This document shows, piece after piece, positions 56,710-62,560 of a DNA stretch of 62,560 nucleotides. Location: IMG/VR virus record IMGVR_UViG_3300011442_000003, positions 1 through 62,560 of that record, one strand, 5' to 3'. This stretch comes from a virus (lineage: Duplodnaviria; Caudoviricetes). Below the pieces are notes generated by a model that saw nothing but the letters and a program-made list of their open reading frames with translations, ran no database searches and was not told where the DNA came from. The position numbers and the translations under genes are program-made. Numbering within the stretch: the first letter of the stretch is position 1; each line of letters opens with the position of its first letter.

Positions 56710-57168
56710 TCAGGCGAACCCGACGCGGGTACCCTTCTCGTCGATGGTCAGGCACTCACCTCGTGGTGCAACGCCGTGGGGGCACAGCCCGAGGTGGATC
56801 CAGTCGCCGTACTCCCAGATAAGCTGATCGATCCTGAGCAAGCCGACATAGGGCTGGATCGCCACGCAGACATCGTAAGGATCGCCAAAACAGGGCACGA
56901 TGAAGTCGGCAGCCAGACCTAACATATGGGCCGAATTGGCAGATCCACCGACCAGCCTGTTGGTCTCCTCGTTGCGGTAGCCCGAAGTGATCGTTATCGG
57001 ATTGTTACCACAGAGGTAACGTACCAGTTCCATCACCCCCGCGAGCTTTTGCAAGCTCAGGAACGCAGGGATCGTCGGCACGTTTTTCACGCCCGCACGA
57101 GCCGCCGTCTCCGAGTAGGTGAACTCGGCCAGCGTGAAGTGCGCGCTCAGCATTATGGGCGTGGTCAC
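56710..57168 (-). CDS. Peptidase M15 endolysin
   Basis: LSAHFTLAEF, ITSGYR, VGGSANSAHMLGLAAD, DQLIWE, WIHLG. Confidence 0.88.
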   Translation of the reverse strand: MTTPIMLSAHFTLAEFTYSETAARAGVKNVPTIPAFLSLQKLAGVMELVRYLCGNNPITITSGYRNEETNRLVGGSANSAHMLGLAADFIVPCFGDPYDVCVAIQPYVGLLRIDQLIWEYGDWIHLGLCPHGVAPRGECLTIDEKGTRVGFA

Positions 57169-57286
57169 GATGTACTCGGCATGGTGTAGCTAAAACCTCC
57201 CTAGCACTGCTGCAGCGATAAGATACACCAGCAGCACGACCAGCAGAACCCCCACGATGGTACCGATCAACGAACCGTTGTGCCGG

Positions 57287-57532
57287 TCACGCCTTGGCAC
57301 CTGACCCACCACCGAACGACCCCTTGGGGCACTGCAGGCTGTCGATGATCATGAAGATCCCCTTGTCCCCGAGATGCGTCCACGCCGGATCGTTGTAGGC
57401 GTGCATCGCGAACGCCATCTTGGCGCTGTCGAGGTCGAACGCCTGCGCGCAGCAAGCGGGCCAGAGGATCTCCATGTCGATGGCGCGCTGTCGGGCGTGC
57501 CACCAGTTCTGCAGGCGCTGGAACAGGTTCAT
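57287..57532 (-). CDS. Hypothetical protein
   Basis: - strand gene run. Confidence 0.5.
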   Translation of the reverse strand: MNLFQRLQNWWHARQRAIDMEILWPACCAQAFDLDSAKMAFAMHAYNDPAWTHLGDKGIFMIIDSLQCPKGSFGGGSGAKA

Positions 57533-57617
57533 GCGCTAAGCCACACTAAAATCATGCGATATTCCCGCCAAAGACGAAGCTGATATTCTCGCTTGTAGTT
57601 ACGGCGGCGTTTCTTTT

Positions 57618-57908
57618 TCATTCGGGCACCCTGATGCCGTACTCGATGTAGACGCGCGGGCCGCACGAGACGACTTTTGTCCAGAAACGATGTTTCGTCC
57701 GACCTGTTTTTCGGTAGTAAGCCCCAGAATTAACAATCGCCCAGCGCCGGTACTCGATCTTCTCGGGCTCGCTGTCCTCGCGCACCGAGCGCACGTCGCC
57801 CGGCTTCATCTGCAGGAGGCCGTAGCGATCCTGCACCGGTTGGATATAGCCCGCGTGCTTGAACTTGCGGACCCTGTTTTTCTCGATGATCGAGTAGGCA
57901 AGGCTCAT
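57618..57908 (-). CDS. Basic hypothetical protein
   Basis: GAGGT SD before ATG 57908. Confidence 0.55.
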   Translation of the reverse strand: MSLAYSIIEKNRVRKFKHAGYIQPVQDRYGLLQMKPGDVRSVREDSEPEKIEYRRWAIVNSGAYYRKTGRTKHRFWTKVVSCGPRVYIEYGIRVPE

Positions 57909-58013
57909 GTGATCACGACCTCGAAAATCAGCCACACCGTGACTGCGAGCATCAGCACCACGCTGCTTATCTCGGCCCAATGCCAGTCGGGACTGCGCTT
58001 CACCGACCTTCTC

Positions 58014-58250
58014 CTAAGTCGCGAGTTCCCAATCGTGCGCGAGAAGGTCGGTCTGGCTGCACAGCCACGGCACCAGAGAATAGGTCCCGTCGGGCTTCGG
58101 AATGTTGATGTAGACGTAGGGCAGGTTCATCTTGCTGCCGAGGTCGGGCACCTGTAGCTCAAGCCACATGCCCTTGCCGTGCCACCCGGCACGACGGACC
58201 TTCTGGTTGGCTTCCATCATCACGATGGCGTCACCGATTTTCATGCCCAT
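58014..58250 (-). CDS. DUF2829 / Tad2-like protein (candidate Thoeris anti-defence sponge)
   Basis: IGDAI...KVRRAGWHGKGMWL...PYVYI...VPWLCSQTDLLAHDWE; GGAGG SD; frame extends upstream to 58412. Confidence 0.8.
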   Translation of the reverse strand: MGMKIGDAIVMMEANQKVRRAGWHGKGMWLELQVPDLGSKMNLPYVYINIPKPDGTYSLVPWLCSQTDLLAHDWELAT

Positions 58251-58460
58251 GGGTTTGTCCTCCATCTCAGGGTCTTGGGTTTTGTTGAACACGCGCCCGC
58301 ACGTCGGGCAAAACATGTAGGCACCGATGCCGCCGCCAGCGAGGCCATAGCTGGCCTCCAACTCGACGCGGGGGTGGAACGGGCAATATCTCAGCAGGGG
58401 ACAAGCGGCCATAACCCGCCGAGCTTAGGCAGGTTATGGCACTTGTGCAAGTAGCTAGTT

Positions 58461-58880
58461 TCAGCCGACGGTAATGGTGTTCGACGCCACCGGAGCCGAA
58501 GATCCCACTCCGTTGGTTGCCACCATGTTGCAGACCGCGAGCTTGCCCACGTCGGCAGCTTGGACGGTATAGGCCGGGTTGTTGGTGCCGACGACGACGC
58601 CCGCGACCCGCCATTGATATACCCGCGCGGTGGGCTCGCCGTTCCAGTTGCCGAGCGTGCAGTTGAGCGTCGAGAGCGCGCCCGCACCGGCTTGGCTGAT
58701 GAATGGCGCATCGAGCACGGTGGGCGGATCCACCGGGGGTATGTCGCTGTCGATGATGTGCGCCATCTCGTCCTGCAGGCGGGCGGGCGTGCGGTTCATC
58801 ACGTAGTTGCGCGCCGCCCGTATCGCCTGCGGTTTAAGCTGGTTGTAGAGGTCCTGAGCCTCCTCTACCTGCGTCGTCAT
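58461..58880 (-). CDS. Ig-like domain protein
   Basis: PFIS...TLNCTLGNW...YQWR...AYTVQAADVGK-x-x-x-C-x-x-x-ATN. Confidence 0.7.
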   Translation of the reverse strand: MTTQVEEAQDLYNQLKPQAIRAARNYVMNRTPARLQDEMAHIIDSDIPPVDPPTVLDAPFISQAGAGALSTLNCTLGNWNGEPTARVYQWRVAGVVVGTNNPAYTVQAADVGKLAVCNMVATNGVGSSAPVASNTITVG

Positions 58881-59176
58881 CAGGGCACCGTGGTCGCGGC
58901 GATCTTGGCGATCATGGCGTCCTGATAGGTCGCGGGCGAGCGCGACAGGATGTACTGCACGAAGCCCGCCATGGCGAGCGGCAGCAGGGTTGCGAACAGC
59001 GCGGTGGCGGCGGCTGCGTCGGCGGTGCCGAGGGCGGGCTGACCCTGCGTCGGCGGCACCGGCCATGCGCCAGCGGCAGCTTGGGGCTCGATCACGGGGT
59101 CGCCCGTCGGGGTCGGCGTCGGGGCGTTGGGATCGTAGGGCACGTTGGGATCGTAGGTCGGGGCGGGTTCGCTCAT
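58880..59176 (-). CDS. Pro/Thr-rich protein with a hydrophobic helix
   Basis: AGGAG SD before ATG 59176; frame open upstream. Confidence 0.55.
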   Translation of the reverse strand: MSEPAPTYDPNVPYDPNAPTPTPTGDPVIEPQAAAGAWPVPPTQGQPALGTADAAAATALFATLLPLAMAGFVQYILSRSPATYQDAMIAKIAATTVP

Positions 59177-59334
59177 GGTCGGTCTCCTTGCTTGCTTTCC
59201 CTCGGCAAGATCGCCTTGGGCTTGGAGTTGCTCCTTGTCTGCCGCAGCGTCTGCCGCAGCCGACACGACCAGCTTAACCCAACGCTCCTGTCTACGCATC
59301 CGGTTTGTGACGAACGGGGAGGGCATGGCCCAGC

Positions 59335-59586
59335 CTAGCTTAGAAACAATACCAGCGCCGCACGATCTTCGGGCGCGAACCCTTCCGTGTCGGTTATCGG
59401 CACGGTGCACAGGCCACCGTCGCTGCTGCGCACCACGGTGAGCAGGTGCCGGTCATGACGGGGATCGCAGACCACCGCCCAGCGCCGGATGTTACTGGCA
59501 TACGCACCGCCCAGAAGCTCGCGCAGCCGGTGCCCCGGCATGGTGTAGTTCTTTAGGGCAGCGGGATCGTACTTCACATAAGCCAT
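59335..59586 (-). CDS. Hypothetical protein
   Basis: GGGGA SD before ATG 59586. Confidence 0.5.
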   Translation of the reverse strand: MAYVKYDPAALKNYTMPGHRLRELLGGAYASNIRRWAVVCDPRHDRHLLTVVRSSDGGLCTVPITDTEGFAPEDRAALVLFLS

Positions 59587-59641
59587 GTTTGTTCCCCATC
59601 GTCGCGCTCGGGCGCAGCCCTCGGCAAGCTGCTCCTCAGGG

Positions 59642-60067
59642 TTATTGAACCAAGATCTTGTTGGGACCGCGCCGCCGGGAATGTGTGTTGACCACGTTGA
59701 CGCCCTTGTCGGCAAGAACCTTGCGTAGATCATCGGCAGCGCCCGAGAGCGCGGAGCCCGCGCTAGCGGGCGGGAGCGGCGAGGGCACAGGAATAGCTCG
59801 AAACACCCAGTTATCGAACTGGTCATCGAACGCGGGCATGTTCGCAAGTTTTACCAGAGGAGGTTTCCCCTTGGCGCAGCGCGCAAACTGGCCCCTGAGG
59901 TACGCGGCATGCTGGGAGATCGATTTCACCACGCCGACGTAGGCGCGCTTGGTTGGCCTATGCAACAGGAAATATACCCCCGGCGAGTTCAATAACCCGG
60001 CAGGACAAATACGATGGATCGCCTCGGTGGCGGCGTGGGTCTCGGGGGTCGGGGTGGGCTCGTTCAT
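59642..60067 (-). CDS. GIY-YIG-like protein
   Basis: PGVYFLLHRPTKRAYVG. Confidence 0.6.
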   Translation of the reverse strand: MNEPTPTPETHAATEAIHRICPAGLLNSPGVYFLLHRPTKRAYVGVVKSISQHAAYLRGQFARCAKGKPPLVKLANMPAFDDQFDNWVFRAIPVPSPLPPASAGSALSGAADDLRKVLADKGVNVVNTHSRRRGPNKILVQ

Positions 60068-60073
60068 GGGCGT

Positions 60074-60102
60074 AACATAGTCATGGTTGAGTAACCTGTC
60101 AA
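60074..60102 (-). promoter_or_regulatory. Sigma70-like promoter (likely leaderless or short-leader transcript)
   Basis: TTGACA-17 nt-TATGTT on the - strand; spacer GGTTA-CT-CAACC; ATG 60067 lies 6 nt after the -10. Confidence 0.7.
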
Positions 60103-60309
60103 GGGAGACGCTTGGTTATTTAGTTTTTTGGAGGGGGCGGCGGTTTGATAGGCCGGGGGTGGATAGGTTACGTGGTTGAATAGGCTGGTTATTTAACCAA
60201 AGGGTATTTTTGGGAACCCATATTTCTCGATCCGCTGAGCGCGCGGGTGGGGGGCCGGGGGCCTGTCCAGATGGGGGGAGGGGGAGGCCCGGCTACCATG
60301 GTGGTATCA

Positions 60310-60710
60310 CGTTTTGCGAGGGATGTACGGCTCTACGACCGTGCCTCTAGGCAGACCCGCCCAGCCTAACAGAATGGGATACTCGATTGACGGAGCCAGT
60401 GACGCGGCTCGCGGTTTCAGGGCGACCTAATCGGTCGGATGGTCTCATTACACCGAGTGTCCACTATGACGCTCAGCGGCGGCCTTCCCTTTCCCCATCT
60501 TGGGGTGGGCAAGGTCGCGAAAAACCGGGGAACCGGCCAGAATACGCGCTGAGTGCTTGAACCGCCTGAGAGGGTGGGTGTGGGTCGCAGTCGGTCCCTG
60601 AGTTGATACGGCGCAAAGCCAGCCATCGGAGGGTGAGAGGAAGAACAAGCGAGAGTTTTTCCCTCACTTCCAGAGCGTAACCAGCGTGGTTACGTTCTGG
60701 AAGTGATTTA
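60310..60710 (+). ncRNA. Putative structured non-coding RNA or 5' leader
   Basis: Nested stems with G-U pairs, a GGAA tetraloop and a terminal 20-bp hairpin (see findings). Confidence 0.4.
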
Positions 60711-60727
60711 ACCTGTGGAGCAACGCA

Positions 60728-60931
60728 ATGTCTTTGATGCGTCCCAAGCTTGCCGACGGCAAGTACGTCCCCAACACTAAGCTCAAGCCCAAGGGCGCGG
60801 GCTTTGACAAGTCGCTGCGCACCAATGCGCAATTCAGCGACAAGTATCTCCGCACCTGCGCGTACCACACTCAGACCGCGATCTGGTCTAAGACGGTGGG
60901 TCAGGTGAAGCTCGTGAAGGGAGCGCGCTAG
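60728..60931 (+). CDS. Small basic hypothetical protein
   Basis: GGAG SD. Confidence 0.55.
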   Translation: MSLMRPKLADGKYVPNTKLKPKGAGFDKSLRTNAQFSDKYLRTCAYHTQTAIWSKTVGQVKLVKGAR

Positions 60932-61121
60932 GTCATGCTCAATATCCGGTTAATGAACCGCAAGATAGGCGGAATACGCTTTGTTCGCATCGGTAGGCTG
61001 TTTTTCAGCTTCGGAGTGTCCCGCCGATAGGGTACGGTACGCATGCCCCAACCATAAGACAACACGTTTTGCTAGTTCAATAACCCGTAACCACGATGGT
61101 TACAGAAAGCGAGAGAGTGCA

Positions 61122-61859
61122 ATGGATACGATCACCAACATCGAGACCAGCGAGATCGACGGCAACAATCAGCCCGAGATGACGCCGGAACAGGCGCAGG
61201 CTCAGGCGATGAAGTTCGCACGTGATTGCGGCAAGGCCGTCGCCAAGGGCGAGATGTCCCTGACCACGTTCGTCGCCAAGATCCTGCCGTTCGCGCGGGT
61301 CGACCGCCAGTGGATCAAGGCCGATCAGAGCAAGGACCTCTGGATCGAGAACACGACGGCGCGCAACGGCACGCTCAGCGACGCCTTCCAAGACAAGGCT
61401 AACCCCGAGGGTAACAGCAAGGCCGCGAACGGTTCGAAGCTGCGCCAGCCGCTGAAGCTGGCGAACTCGGTCGACTACACCGAGGAGCTTCTGCAGGACA
61501 CGCTCGACGAGATCGCGCGGCTGCGCAAGGCGGGCGAGACCACGAAGTCTCCCTATCCGGCGTTCGTCGACGTGTGCCGGGCGCAGTTGAAGGACAAGGA
61601 CAAGCGTCTCACCATCGAGGAGATCAGCTTCATCGTGTGCCCCACGCAGAAGGTCAGCACGGAACTGTCCAAGCTGGAAGCCGCGCTCAAGGCGCTCAAG
61701 GCCGCTGCCAAGATCCGCGACGACGCGGGCGAGCCCCTCTGCACCGCGACGGCACGGGCCGAAGCTCTGGTCTCGGACCAGATCGCGACGCTCAAGCAGG
61801 TCGCGCTGCAGGTCAAGGCCCGCGCCGCTGCGGTGGCGGCTGGCCTGACCGTGGTCTAG
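61122..61859 (+). CDS. Hypothetical early protein
   Basis: 245-aa ORF with genome-typical codon usage; GAGAG SD. Confidence 0.7.
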   Translation: MDTITNIETSEIDGNNQPEMTPEQAQAQAMKFARDCGKAVAKGEMSLTTFVAKILPFARVDRQWIKADQSKDLWIENTTARNGTLSDAFQDKANPEGNSKAANGSKLRQPLKLANSVDYTEELLQDTLDEIARLRKAGETTKSPYPAFVDVCRAQLKDKDKRLTIEEISFIVCPTQKVSTELSKLEAALKALKAAAKIRDDAGEPLCTATARAEALVSDQIATLKQVALQVKARAAAVAAGLTVV

Positions 61860-61879
61860 GTCAAATAACCAACGTGGTT

Positions 61880-61910
61880 ACTGCCTCAGCCTGTCATGGG
61901 CTGAGGCAGT
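61880..61910 (+). terminator. Hairpin after the early gene
   Basis: ACTGCCTCAGCC-TGTCATG-GGCTGAGGCAGT, 12-bp stem. Confidence 0.55.
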
Positions 61911-61919
61911 CTACCTAAA

Positions 61920-62340
61920 CATCCCTTGGTTAGGGGCGGTTAGGTAGACTGGTGTGTAATAGGCCGGGGTACGGTATGCGTCCCCACGCCGACTAGGTGC
62001 CCAATGTAATTGGCAAGGGTCAGCTACACCATCCTATGGCGCATTGCATGGTTAGCCGGCACTAGCCAGTCTACTCTCATGGTTAGTTTGTTAGATAGAT
62101 AGATAGAATAGATATAACTAATAAATAAAGAAACATAGGGGTCGTGCGAGGCCGGGGCCGAAGTGGAACTATCTGGTTAGCGTACACAACATATAACGTA
62201 TCTTGGCCCCCTATCAAATAGGTACCCTCTTGTTTTCAAACCCCCTTCTACTTCTGTCTATACTACCCACGTAGTAGCCCTACGGCTACACGCAACAATG
62301 ATACAAGGATTACCTTACATAAACAACGTTCTACTATTGA
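61920..62340. other. AT-rich non-coding region (candidate origin or terminus/regulatory region)
   Basis: Much lower GC than flanks; TAGA iterations at ~62091-62112; no ORF. Confidence 0.4.
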
Positions 62341-62366
62341 CTAGGGACTATGAGCCATGGTACCCT
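62337..62366 (+). promoter_or_regulatory. Putative promoter for the early operon
   Basis: TTGACT-18 nt-TACCCT with a TG extension. Confidence 0.4.
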
Positions 62367-62398
62367 AACCGCTTGGTCACATAACCAAAGAGGTAACT

Positions 62399-62560
62399 AT
62401 GGCTGATCGTACCCTGCCGTTCCCCTTCGACACTCGTGAGTTACGCCTTGCCGGGGAGCTACACCAGCCAGCGTACACCTACGCGCTGATCCACCTGCCG
62501 TCGGGACGCGTGCACCTTGGCGCGAGCGACGACATTCGAAAGGCGGCTAACATGTGGGCC
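62399..62560 (+). CDS. 5' part of the origin-spanning ORF
   Basis: ATG at 62399 preceded by TAACCAAAGAGGTAAC; in frame with 1..639. Confidence 0.7.
   Translation, partial: MADRTLPFPFDTRELRLAGELHQPAYTYALIHLPSGRVHLGASDDIRKAANMWA
62438..62560. repeat. Terminal direct repeat, copy 2
   Basis: Identical to 1-123. Confidence 0.95.

Larger units (their letters stand above)
2028..62396. repeat. Dispersed palindromic motif family TWACC-N5-GGTWA (at least 43 perfect copies)
   Basis: Hand-verified copies listed in findings. Confidence 0.92.

Noticed and set aside
1-62560. Integrase, transposase or prophage boundaries
   Set aside because: No recombinase or transposase motifs recognised and no flanking host genes

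Overview
The window looks like a complete, circularly permuted genome (about 62.4 kb, GC-rich) of a tailed dsDNA phage with a podovirus-type virion module. Bases 1-123 repeat exactly at 62438-62560. The + strand (about 60.7 kb through the origin to 23.1 kb) carries early and accessory genes (Mesh1-like HD hydrolase, MoxR AAA + VWA/metallopeptidase pair, Nmad5, DUF6283, many small ORFs). It also carries a replication block: family A DNA polymerase, Cas4-like nuclease, VRR-NUC, SNF2 helicase, SSB-like protein and DUF927 primase-helicase. The - strand (23.1-53.6 kb and 55.7-60.1 kb) carries portal, scaffold, major capsid, tail and collagen-like fibre genes, three internal/ejection proteins including a 2453-aa polyvalent protein, an M15 endolysin, a cassette of signal-peptide proteins and many small basic proteins. 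The terminase genes are divergent from the portal. I found no integrase, tRNA, CRISPR array or reverse transcriptase. The most striking unexplained signals are four. (1) At least 43 perfect copies of the palindrome TWACC-N5-GGTWA occur genome-wide, fused to Shine-Dalgarno sites and embedded in ORFs. (2) Eleven co-oriented copies of ACGGTAYGC are confined to the early region. (3) Two intergenic regions look like structured RNAs. (4) A terminator-bounded cassette encodes secreted low-complexity proteins. Also notable are Acb2/Tad1-like and Tad2-like anti-defence candidates and a HiPIP-like mini-protein. All family assignments are from motif recognition by eye, not database searches.
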